DNA from: an uncultured Acidobacteriota bacterium
GTDB lineage: Bacteria > Acidobacteriota > UBA6911
Direction of reading: 5' to 3'
NCBI GenBank assembly: GCA_963843575.1
Contig: CAWJKZ010000014.1
Location: 544,001-608,000, forward strand
DNA: 64,000 bases
Position numbers and translations under genes: made by a program. Numbering within the stretch: position 1 is the first letter of the stretch; every line of letters starts with the position of its first letter. This document shows positions 41,340 through 51,716 of the stretch, piece by piece. Below the pieces are notes generated by a model. It had not been told where the DNA came from. It did not search any database and saw only the letters and a program-made list of their open reading frames with translations.

Positions 41340-42890
41340 TCAGTTTGCCGGGGCTTTCGTGCGCCGTTGGGAGGAGCGATAGGTAGCGTTCATCTCGCGG
41401 TCGATGCGCGCCTCGAGCCCTCGAGGATAGGCCGGAGAGCTCGCATACAGGTTCATGTGATCCCGTCCCGGCACAAGCTCACAAGTGGCGTCGCTCCCCT
41501 GCTCCTTCAGGAATCCGCACAGCAGCACGACGGCTTCCTCCAGGTGAAAGGTGTCCTCCGACCCGCAGATGATGTGGAGCTTGCCTTGTAGCTTCGGCCC
41601 CAGCGTCGCCCAGTGGGTGGCCAAGGTGAAGCGTATGTCGTAGTGGCGCCAGGACTCTTGCGCGACCGGGTCCTGCTCACCGGTCACGCGGTTGAACAAA
41701 CGCATCGGGCGGCCATCCGGCCCGCGTGCACTGAACACCCATTCGAACGAGGCCAGCTGCCCACCGTAGGGGCCGACGACCTCCTCCTCGCGCGCGAAGC
41801 TTTCGATCGAGGCCACTTCCCGGCCGCCTTCCCGCACCAGGTTGCGGGCGGAGCCGTCCGCCTTCCGGTACATGTTGTCTCTGGAGCCGGGAGTGACGTC
41901 TACACCCGTGAAGCTCCGCATGTCGACGGGGTCTGGGGAGGTGGACCAGGTGCCGCCAAAGAAGTCCGGGTAGGTGATCTGAAGCCACAGGGTGCTCCAT
42001 CCGCCCGAGGAATGGCCGGTCAGGAAACGCGCCTTCGGTGACGGCTCGAGCGGGTAGTTCTTTTCCAGCCAGGGGATGAACTCGGTCGTGAGCGCCTTCC
42101 CCCACGGGCCGTTGTTGACCGAATCAGCGAACTCGTGGTGGCCGCTCGGAAAGGAGCCGTCCAGAAAGACGTGTGCCATCCGGGCGCGCGTTCCTGCGCG
42201 CATCATGGCGGTAAGCGACGGCGCCTGGTCCCAGGCATCCAGGTGGTTGCCGCCGAAACCGTGGACGTGGTAAACCGCCGGGTACAGCCTGCCGGACGCC
42301 TTGCCGGGCAGGACCACGCCGGCGCGCATCACGATGGGCCTCCCCCAGAACGCGGACAGCAGGGGACTCCGGAACTCCGCGAGTCGGACCTGTGGAGTGT
42401 CGGGTCGAGGCCGTGGCGGCTCGGTCCGGCTCAGGATCAGTTCCACGGGCGGGGTTTCGGCCGGATCCAGCCCTTCCTCTACCACGACGGGACTGTAGAG
42501 ATCTCCCGGCCCTAGCCCGGAGTATGCGAACGAGTGATCGGTGTCGAGGAGGGCCATGAACTGGTACCGGCCCTTGCCGTACTGGGAAAAGGGGCGGGGA
42601 AAAGCCTTCCGGTCAGGGTCCAGCCCGCAGCTCTCTCCAGGCGCGAGGTAGTCGAGTTCGGCGCCCGCAACCGCCACGTCACCGGGGACGAAACCCGTCG
42701 TGAGCACGTCGCGCTTCCCGGCTTGGTCCGTCATGAAGACGAGGAGCCGCCCCCGCACGCCCTGGGGTGCGTCGCCGGGGAAGGACACGCGAAATCGCAG
42801 CGGCCCGCCGTCGGGTGTGGACGAACCCAGCACCGCCACGCATAGCAGCAACGCCGCTGCGGCAGACAAGATCCGGTTGCGATACGTCAT
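41340..42890 (-). CDS. Exported alpha/beta-hydrolase esterase (enterochelin-esterase-like)
   Basis: Signal peptide, SPLLSAFWGRP, DSVNNGPWG and GHSSGG nucleophile elbow. Confidence 0.82.
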   Translation of the reverse strand: MTYRNRILSAAAALLLCVAVLGSSTPDGGPLRFRVSFPGDAPQGVRGRLLVFMTDQAGKRDVLTTGFVPGDVAVAGAELDYLAPGESCGLDPDRKAFPRPFSQYGKGRYQFMALLDTDHSFAYSGLGPGDLYSPVVVEEGLDPAETPPVELILSRTEPPRPRPDTPQVRLAEFRSPLLSAFWGRPIVMRAGVVLPGKASGRLYPAVYHVHGFGGNHLDAWDQAPSLTAMMRAGTRARMAHVFLDGSFPSGHHEFADSVNNGPWGKALTTEFIPWLEKNYPLEPSPKARFLTGHSSGGWSTLWLQITYPDFFGGTWSTSPDPVDMRSFTGVDVTPGSRDNMYRKADGSARNLVREGGREVASIESFAREEEVVGPYGGQLASFEWVFSARGPDGRPMRLFNRVTGEQDPVAQESWRHYDIRFTLATHWATLGPKLQGKLHIICGSEDTFHLEEAVVLLCGFLKEQGSDATCELVPGRDHMNLYASSPAYPRGLEARIDREMNATYRSSQRRTKAPAN

Positions 42891-43092
42891 CGGTCCCTCC
42901 AGTGGAGGCGCGCCACGCGGCGGCAGCCTACAGGCGTAACCAGGCGGGGCGCCACCAGGCTCGATGCGCAGCGCGGTGTGTTCCCTGCCTCACCAGCGGG
43001 CCGCTGCGCCCGAGAGCACCCTGTGGCAATTACGAATTCTCATTTGTCCCGCCCGCCCGCATAATACTAGGGCATTTCGGAAAGGGGTGCTC

Positions 43093-43938
43093 ATGTTCAG
43101 ACGTCAGAAGTCGGGGTCCGTGCTATGCAGCGCCTGCGGCAAGCTCGTCGGCGTCCGCGACGACGTGTGCTGGAACTGCGGCCGCCGCAACCCCGGCCTG
43201 TGGGGTTTCGCCCCGGTATTGCGGCGTCTGGGCTACGATCTCGGATTTGCCCCAATAGTGATGGGCGGATGCGGCCTGCTGTACCTCGCGAGCCTCGCCT
43301 GGGACCCTCGGGGCATCGGCAATAACGGCATCTCTTTCCTGGCCCCGAGCATGCGCAGCCTGCTCTCGTTCGGCGCAAGCGGCGCGATCCCGTTCTTTCT
43401 CCTCGGGCGCTGGTGGACTGTCCTGAGCGCCGGCTGGCTGCACGGCAACCTGCTGCACATCCTGCTGAACATGATGTGGCTGCGCCAGCTCGCCCCCGCG
43501 ACCGCCGAGCTGTATGGCGGGCCGCGGATGGCCATCATCTACACGCTCTCCTCGGCCACGGGCTTCCTGTTGAGCAGCTGGGCGGGACTCCTCTTCGGCA
43601 ACATCCCCATACTCGGTGGGGCGTCGTTTACGGTGGGAGCCTCCGCGCCGATCTTCGGCCTCCTGGGAGCCCTGGTCGTGTACGGACGCCGGGGCGGGAG
43701 CAGTCACATCGGCGGACAGGCGATGACCTACGCCGTCGTCATGTTCGTGTTCGGGCTGATCATGCCTGGCATCGACAACTGGGCGCACCTGGGGGGATTC
43801 CTGGGCGGCTATGCCGTCGCCCGCTGGCTGGACCCGCTGCGCCCTGAAAAAATCGCGCATGTGATCGCGGCCCTGGTCCTGCTCGGGCTCACCGCCGCCT
43901 CCATCCTCCTGTCTCTGCTGTCCAAAGTGACGGTATAG
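43093..43938 (+). CDS. Rhomboid intramembrane serine protease with N-terminal Zn-ribbon
   Basis: CSAC...CWNC, WLHGNLLHILLNM, VGASA and NWAHLGGFLGG. Confidence 0.92.
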   Translation: MFRRQKSGSVLCSACGKLVGVRDDVCWNCGRRNPGLWGFAPVLRRLGYDLGFAPIVMGGCGLLYLASLAWDPRGIGNNGISFLAPSMRSLLSFGASGAIPFFLLGRWWTVLSAGWLHGNLLHILLNMMWLRQLAPATAELYGGPRMAIIYTLSSATGFLLSSWAGLLFGNIPILGGASFTVGASAPIFGLLGALVVYGRRGGSSHIGGQAMTYAVVMFVFGLIMPGIDNWAHLGGFLGGYAVARWLDPLRPEKIAHVIAALVLLGLTAASILLSLLSKVTV

Positions 43939-44006
43939 CCTGGCCGGGAGGGCCGGGCGCATAAAGGATCGAGCGCGTTTCCGCGCCTCCTTCTGTCGCC
44001 GCCGCA

Positions 44007-45014
44007 TCAACCGCCCAGGGTGATCATCTCGATCTTCTTGCGCGCAGCCGCGCGATAGCCGTCGGGGGAGCGCAGCGCCTCGAGTCGCTCATCCGAGTAG
44101 CGGTCCTGGCGCGCTCCCCAGACCGACTCGAGCACCGCGCCAATCTCCGGATCGCCAGCTCCCGAACGCAGCAGGCCCTTCAGGTCGCGGCCACTCTCGG
44201 AAAACAGGCAGGTCACGAGTTTCCCGTCGGCCGTGAGTCGGACGCGCGTGCACCCCGAACAGAACGGCTCCGTGACCGAGGCGATGATCCCGAGGTCCCC
44301 GATGCCGTCCGCGAACCGGTAGTCCAGCGCCGGGGCGCTGCCCTTCCTGCCGATCTCCTCGAGCGGGTAGCGGCGGCCGATGATTTCCAGGATCTCGCGC
44401 TTGGACACCGTTTTTTCGGATCTCCAGCCGTTGGCGTTCCCCACGTCCATATACTCGATGAAGCGCACCGCGAAACCGTGCAGTCGCGAGAACTCCACAA
44501 GGTCCAGAATGTCGTCGTCGTTTACGCCACGCTCGATGACGGCGTTCAACTTGATGGGGGACATGCCTGTATCGCGTGCAGCGAAAAGACCGTCGATGAT
44601 CCGTCCCAGGTCCTCGCGCCGGGTGATGCGCCGGAACTTCCCGGCATCGAGCGTGTCGATGCTGACGTTGATCCGCCGCAGACCCGCGTCCCGCAGTGCT
44701 CTGGCCTTGTCGAGCAACAGCGAGCCGTTGGTGGTCAGCGACAGGTCCTTGACCCCGTCGAGGAGCGCGAGCCTCGCGACCAGGTTCTCCAGATCACGCC
44801 GGAGGAGCGGCTCACCCCCGGTCAACCGGATCCTCTCAACGCCGAGCGCGACAAAGATCCGTGCCAAACGTTCGATCTCCTCGAAGCTGAGGATTTCCCT
44901 CCGATCGAGCCACTCGTAGCGGTCGAGGGGCATGCAGTAGACGCAACGGAAATTGCACCGGTCGGTAACGGAAATGCGGAGGTCTTTGGCCTCGCGGCTG
45001 AGCTTGTCCTGCAC
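44007..45014 (-). CDS. moaA: GTP 3',8-cyclase MoaA
   Basis: LRISVTDRCNFRCVYCMP, RLTGGEPL, FCSGCTRVRLTADG..TCLF and C-terminal GG; GTG start inferred. Confidence 0.96.
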   Translation of the reverse strand: MQDKLSREAKDLRISVTDRCNFRCVYCMPLDRYEWLDRREILSFEEIERLARIFVALGVERIRLTGGEPLLRRDLENLVARLALLDGVKDLSLTTNGSLLLDKARALRDAGLRRINVSIDTLDAGKFRRITRREDLGRIIDGLFAARDTGMSPIKLNAVIERGVNDDDILDLVEFSRLHGFAVRFIEYMDVGNANGWRSEKTVSKREILEIIGRRYPLEEIGRKGSAPALDYRFADGIGDLGIIASVTEPFCSGCTRVRLTADGKLVTCLFSESGRDLKGLLRSGAGDPEIGAVLESVWGARQDRYSDERLEALRSPDGYRAAARKKIEMITLGG

Positions 45015-45245
45015 TATGGCGTTCCCCCGGCCCGCAGGCCAAAAAACCGATCCGCCCCCCCGATCCTCGCCGGCTCCCCACGCGGCGTGGAGACAGGCTA
45101 AAATAATAGCACGCGCACGCTCCGTTTGGACTTCGCTACCGGCTCCGGACTGCGGCGCGACCATGCCCTGCGGGCATCCCGGAACCGCGTCGTGCCGATT
45201 GAACCGCTGGCACGGCCGGCTGCGTTGGGTTATCATCCCGCGCTT

Positions 45246-45953
45246 ATGGCGCGCGCGTTTCGGGGGTATCTGAAGGAGACCAGAAGGCCGGCCTATTCCG
45301 CCGCCCTGCTGCTCCCCTTTTTCCTGATATACCACATCGGGACGTTTTTCCTGCGCACGACGTACATCAATGGCGCCGACGCCCTCATCATACGGTTGTT
45401 GAGCCTCCTTTCGGTCCACTCGATGTTCGCCTCCGCGCTGGTGCTGCTGGCCTGCTTCGTGGTGTGGCAGGTCCGGACCGGAGCCAAGTGGACGATAGAC
45501 ACGCGCAAGCTCGCCCTGCTGTTCCTGGAGAGTGCCGCCTTCGCCCTGTTGCTCTTCGTCTCGGTCGGCTGGCTGTGGTCGCAGGTCGGGATGGCGGTCC
45601 CCGCCGTTTCGGTCGCGGGAAAGCTGCAGAAGCTGATCCTGTACTGTGGGGCGGGCGTCTACGAGGAGTTGGTCTTCCGCGGCTTCCTACTCAGCGCCCT
45701 CATGCTGCTGCTGACCCGCTCCACCGGCTGGAGAGAACGCAAGACGGCGGTTCTGGCCGTGGCGACGGCGGCACTGGTGTTCGCCGTGTTTCACTACGTC
45801 GGCCCCGCCGCCGACAGTTTCTCGCTCGCCGGTTTTCTGCAACGGACCCTGGGCGGTCTCTATTTCTCCGTGCTGTTCGTGACCCGCGGCTTCGGGGTCA
45901 CGGCCGCGTCGCACGCCTTGTATGACATCCTGGTCGGCCTCATCCTGGCGTGA
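45246..45953 (+). CDS. CPBP (CAAX/Abi) intramembrane metalloprotease family
   Basis: AGVYEELVFRG, FAVFH and SHALYD motifs; polytopic. Confidence 0.88.
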   Translation: MARAFRGYLKETRRPAYSAALLLPFFLIYHIGTFFLRTTYINGADALIIRLLSLLSVHSMFASALVLLACFVVWQVRTGAKWTIDTRKLALLFLESAAFALLLFVSVGWLWSQVGMAVPAVSVAGKLQKLILYCGAGVYEELVFRGFLLSALMLLLTRSTGWRERKTAVLAVATAALVFAVFHYVGPAADSFSLAGFLQRTLGGLYFSVLFVTRGFGVTAASHALYDILVGLILA

Positions 45954-46026
45954 ACGGCGGGCGCGACAAGTGTCCGCGTCACGGACGCCGACTTCAAACG
46001 CCGACTTCACCTGGAACGCGAGGACC

Positions 46027-46728
46027 ATGGAAACCAACCGGCACAGTTTTCCCGTGGTAACCCATGTCATTTTTGACATGGACGGGCTCCTGCTCGACAC
46101 GGAGCCATATTACACGGAGGTGGCGCAGAAGATCGCGGCCCGCTATGGCCGCGTGTTCGACTGGTCGCTCAAGTCCCGGATGATCGGCCTCAGGGCACCC
46201 GACTCAGCCAGGCTTTTCCTGGAGAAACTGGCAATACCGCTCTCGATCCCCGAGTATCTGAAGCTTCGCCAGCGTATGCTGGAGGAGCTGTTCCCCCTGG
46301 CGGAAGCGCTTCCCGGTGCCCGGGAACTGACCACGCACCTGAAGAAGCACGGCGTCCGGTTGGGGGTGGCGAGCAGTTCCGACGGGAAGTATTTCGGGCT
46401 CAAGACCACCCGCCACAGGGAGTGGTTCTCCATGTTCGACTGCATCGTGCTCGGAGATGACCCGGAGGTTCACGAGGGGAAACCGGCCCCGGATGTTTTC
46501 CTGGTCGTCGCGCGCAGGCTCGGTGTTGCGCCGGAGAAATGCCTCGTGTTCGAGGATGCGCCGGCCGGGATCGAGGCGGCACTCCGGGCCGGGATGTATG
46601 CGGTGGCGGTACCGGACCCCAATCTGGAGGCCGCCTGTGGGCAAGCCCATCAGGTCCTGCGAGGTCTGGACGCATTCGACCCCGCCGAATGGGGACTGCC
46701 TCGGAGAGACCCTCGACAACGGAGGTAA
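46027..46728 (+). CDS. HAD-IA hydrolase, pseudouridine-5'-phosphatase (HDHD1/PUDP)-like
   Basis: VTHVIFDMDGLLLDTE, ASSS, LGDDPEV..GKPAPD, CLVFEDAP and terminal F.P..WGLP. Confidence 0.88.
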   Translation: METNRHSFPVVTHVIFDMDGLLLDTEPYYTEVAQKIAARYGRVFDWSLKSRMIGLRAPDSARLFLEKLAIPLSIPEYLKLRQRMLEELFPLAEALPGARELTTHLKKHGVRLGVASSSDGKYFGLKTTRHREWFSMFDCIVLGDDPEVHEGKPAPDVFLVVARRLGVAPEKCLVFEDAPAGIEAALRAGMYAVAVPDPNLEAACGQAHQVLRGLDAFDPAEWGLPRRDPRQRR

Positions 46729-46730
46729 TC

Positions 46731-46784
46731 GGGAAGAGTCACAGGAAAGTCCTCGAGTTCAACATCCCTTCGCGGACGGGATGA
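46731..46784 (+). pseudogene. Relic of the 5' end of a second yjbQ
   Basis: After GGAGGT, encodes KSHRKVLEFNIPSR versus [14 protein letters not shown] in the intact yjbQ; start codon lost. Confidence 0.7.
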
Positions 46785-46972
46785 TCGGGTGTGGCGTGTT
46801 CATCCCCGATGTACCAGCAGTCAGGCGGAATGGCGCCTTCCAGAATGTCGACGCAGTCGTGGATGTAGTCCTTCTGCACCGCAAAGATGGTTTTCCGGTC
46901 CTTGCTCTGCCCCGGCACCCTGACTCGGACGAGTGCAGCAAATCACTTTGGGGCCATGCTCTCGCCCCCTAT

Positions 46973-47395
46973 CTACTCGCCGATGATTTTGATGAGGATC
47001 CGCTTCTTGCGGCTGCCGTCGAACTCGCCGTAGAAGATCTGTTCCCACGGGCCGAAATCCAGCGCTCCGTTGGTTACCGCCACCACGACTTCGCGCCCCA
47101 TGATCTGGCGCTTGTGGTGTGCGTCCCCGTTATCCTCGCCGGTGCGGTTGTGGTGGTAGCGCTCAGGGCTGGGGTCAAACGGCGCCAGCTGCTCCAGCCA
47201 GCGGGCATAGTCCTCGTGCAGACCCGGTTCATCGTCGTTGACGAAAACCGAGGCTGTGATGTGCATGGCGTTAATGAGCGTAAGCCCGTCCCGAATGCCG
47301 CTTTCCTTCACGGCCTGCTGCACCTGTGGGGTGATGTTGAGGAAAGCCATGCGGCTCGGGATGTTGACCTCGATTACCTTGCGGTGGGATTTCAT
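46973..47395 (-). CDS. yjbQ: YjbQ family (secondary thiamine-phosphate synthase)
   Basis: [23 protein letters not shown] and [13 protein letters not shown]; AGGAGG RBS. Confidence 0.95.
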   Translation of the reverse strand: MKSHRKVIEVNIPSRMAFLNITPQVQQAVKESGIRDGLTLINAMHITASVFVNDDEPGLHEDYARWLEQLAPFDPSPERYHHNRTGEDNGDAHHKRQIMGREVVVAVTNGALDFGPWEQIFYGEFDGSRKKRILIKIIGE

Positions 47396-47520
47396 ACCGA
47401 CACCTCCTTCACAGCTTGAAGTCTGCGTTGTCCCGAAGCTCTTTGACCACCTTTCTTACTTCTATCACCTCCAACCGGCCGGACACCGCATCGCCCATCG
47501 TGATGCCGCGCTTCTGGTTC

Positions 47521-47558
47521 CAGAAACGCGGAGTTTGGTCAAGATCATCGGGGAGTAG
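47521..47558 (+). pseudogene. Relic of the 3' end of a second yjbQ
   Basis: Encodes (QKR, frameshift) LVKIIGE* versus [11 protein letters not shown] in the intact yjbQ. Confidence 0.6.
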
Positions 47559-47576
47559 ATGCGCTGGCGCACCAGA

Positions 47577-48677
47577 TCAAGCGCCGGCGCAAGGGTGACT
47601 CCCGTCGAGCAACTCCAGGATGCGGCGGGCCGCCACTTCCGCTCCCCCTTGAGGGGCCGCCTGCCGCGGTTGCGGTTGCCGCCGGATGCTTTCGAGCGCG
47701 TCCCGCAGGTCGCCCCGATACAGGCGCGCAACCGGGAGGTGGAGATGCTGCAGGTACCTGCGGATCGCGCTCTCCAGAACCGCGTACTCCCGGAAATCGC
47801 TGCGGTCGGCATACACCAGCGGTTTGCGGTTGACCACGCAGTCCGACACGATCCCGAAACCCGGTTTGGACACCACGCAGTCGACCGATGCCACCAGGTC
47901 GGGGAAGCTGACCTGCTCCCGGTTGACCGCGTATATGCGCGTCCCTTCCCAGCAGAGCGGCCGCACCGTGAAGAACTCGTATTCCGAGAGCCGCTGCACT
48001 CTCTCGAGGGCATCCGCGTCCCAAGCGAGCGTGGTGAAGGACAGGAGCACCCACGTGCGCCCTGGATCGCACCCGTGGAGCTGCGCGATTTCGTGTCGCC
48101 TCTCCCTCCCCGCGGTGGTGACCAACGGGATATCCTGCACCCGCGGGAACACGTCCATCCCCTCACAAAACGGTAGCCTCAGCAAGAGAGTCGCTCGACG
48201 ATAGCCTTCTGCAAAGCAACGGGAGATCTCCTCCCACCGCCGATCCTTTTCCGCCAGGCCCGCATAGATCCAGTCCCAGCCGAAATTGCCGATCGCGACA
48301 CCCGGAATCCCCAGCTGGGCCGCAGCTTCGAGCGGGACGGCGGGAATATCCGCCACGACGCACCGAACACCGCGACTGACGAGCTGTTGCGCCAGATCGC
48401 CGACCTGGACGTGCCGCCGCCCGCAGAGTTCCATCGCCTTGTCGAGGCTTGCCGCGACATCGACCCGGACCGAGTCCAGCTGGACCATGCCCACGTCAAA
48501 CGAACCCGGGACGAGCGAGAACAAACCCCGGGGGAGCCGGCTCGCGAAAAAGGAGGGCGGGAGATCGGTGACGATAGTAACGGGGAGGTCGGGCCGCAGC
48601 GCGCGGATCGCAGCCAGGATGTCGCACGAGCGGACGCCGTGCCCGTAACCGTGAGCCGTGATGAAGTAGGCGAGCAC
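47577..48677 (-). CDS. GT-B fold glycosyltransferase-like protein
   Basis: YFITAHGYGHGVR, VVADIP, GNFGWDWIY, VVSKPGFGIVSDC and RSDFREY. Confidence 0.72.
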   Translation of the reverse strand: MLAYFITAHGYGHGVRSCDILAAIRALRPDLPVTIVTDLPPSFFASRLPRGLFSLVPGSFDVGMVQLDSVRVDVAASLDKAMELCGRRHVQVGDLAQQLVSRGVRCVVADIPAVPLEAAAQLGIPGVAIGNFGWDWIYAGLAEKDRRWEEISRCFAEGYRRATLLLRLPFCEGMDVFPRVQDIPLVTTAGRERRHEIAQLHGCDPGRTWVLLSFTTLAWDADALERVQRLSEYEFFTVRPLCWEGTRIYAVNREQVSFPDLVASVDCVVSKPGFGIVSDCVVNRKPLVYADRSDFREYAVLESAIRRYLQHLHLPVARLYRGDLRDALESIRRQPQPRQAAPQGGAEVAARRILELLDGSHPCAGA

Positions 48678-48700
48678 GCAAGGACCCCAGACGTCAGAGG

Positions 48701-49687
48701 CTATTCGGCGATGGGCCGGATTGTCGTGGCCGACTCCGCGGGGCGGCCTTCGTCATAGGGATGCAGCTCCAGCCACCGTTCAGCCCGCAGGGCCGCCATG
48801 CAGCCGAACCCGGCGGCGGTAATCGCCTGCCGGTAGTGGTTGTCGTGCACGTCGCCGGCGGCAAAAACACCGTCCAGGCTAGTCTCGACATTGTGCCGCG
48901 TGAGGATGTACCCGTGGCTGTTCAGCTCGATGACGCCCTTCAGAAACTCCGTATTCGGGTGATGCCCGATCGCCATGAAAACCCCGCCGATCGGCATGAC
49001 CGATTCTTCGCCTGTGACGAGATTCTTGAGACCCACTGCTTCCAGGACCTGATCGCCGAGATAGCGGGTCAGGACCGTGTTCCAGAGGAAAGCGATTTTC
49101 GGATTCGCCGTCGCGCGCTCCTGCATGATCTTGCTGGCGCGCAGAGTGTTTCGGCGATGGACGACCAGCACCTTGGACGCATGGTGGGCGAGTGTCAGGG
49201 CCTCCTCTATGGCCGTGTCCCCCCCGCCAACGACGATAACCTCCTGGCCCCGGAAGAACAGCGCGTCGCAGACCGCGCAGGCGGACAGGCCGCGGTTCCG
49301 GTATTTCATTTCGTCGGGCAGGTGAAGCCAGCGCGCGGCCGCGCCCGTGGCGATGATGACCGTGCGGGCCGCGTGCCATTCCATGTGCGTCCTGACCCGG
49401 AAGGGCCCTCCCGGAACGAAGTCAACCTCGTCGACATCCTTCAGCAGGATCTCGGTGCCGAACCGCTCCGCCTGCTTTCTCATCAAATCCATCAGGGTGG
49501 GTCCGGTGATGCCTTCCGGGAATCCGGGGAAGTTCTCGACCTCGGTCGTGAACATCAGCTGCCCGCCCGGCAGCTGCAGGGCCTTCGGTTCGGAAGCGAT
49601 CATCAGGGGTGCCAGATTGGCTCGCGCGGCATAGATCGCTGCAGTGTAGCCCGCCGGGCCGGAACCGACGATAATCAGATTGCGCAT
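48701..49687 (-). CDS. trxB: Thioredoxin-disulfide reductase
   Basis: IVGSGPAGYTAA, VENFPGF, SACAVCD, GGGDTAIEEA, VFAAGDV and YRQAITAAG. Confidence 0.97.
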   Translation of the reverse strand: MRNLIIVGSGPAGYTAAIYAARANLAPLMIASEPKALQLPGGQLMFTTEVENFPGFPEGITGPTLMDLMRKQAERFGTEILLKDVDEVDFVPGGPFRVRTHMEWHAARTVIIATGAAARWLHLPDEMKYRNRGLSACAVCDALFFRGQEVIVVGGGDTAIEEALTLAHHASKVLVVHRRNTLRASKIMQERATANPKIAFLWNTVLTRYLGDQVLEAVGLKNLVTGEESVMPIGGVFMAIGHHPNTEFLKGVIELNSHGYILTRHNVETSLDGVFAAGDVHDNHYRQAITAAGFGCMAALRAERWLELHPYDEGRPAESATTIRPIAE

Positions 49688-49870
49688 ACCTCGTGCCCCC
49701 CGAAACGCCGCAACAGATACGTTTGCCGTGATTGTGGCCGAACGACCGCGACTTGCAGCTGCACTACGGCCGCCCGGTGCTCCCGCGGCCACAAACGAAA
49801 GGGTTAAGGGTACACCGAGACCGGCCGGGATGAAACGAGATTTTAAGATGTCGGAGGATCGCCCTGTGGC

Positions 49871-51556
<1,686 letters not shown>

Positions 51557-51716
51557 TCAACTGCACGCCCGCACGATACCAAATCGCCCTGAGCGAATGG
51601 AATCTGGATTCTCTGGGCCTTCAGACTCCTGGCTTCCAGCGGCGGGCTTGGAGGATTCAAAGAATCGCCTGTTCGGTTGCGGGCCCGGCCGTGCCGAGGT
51701 ACTATCGCCAGTCGAT

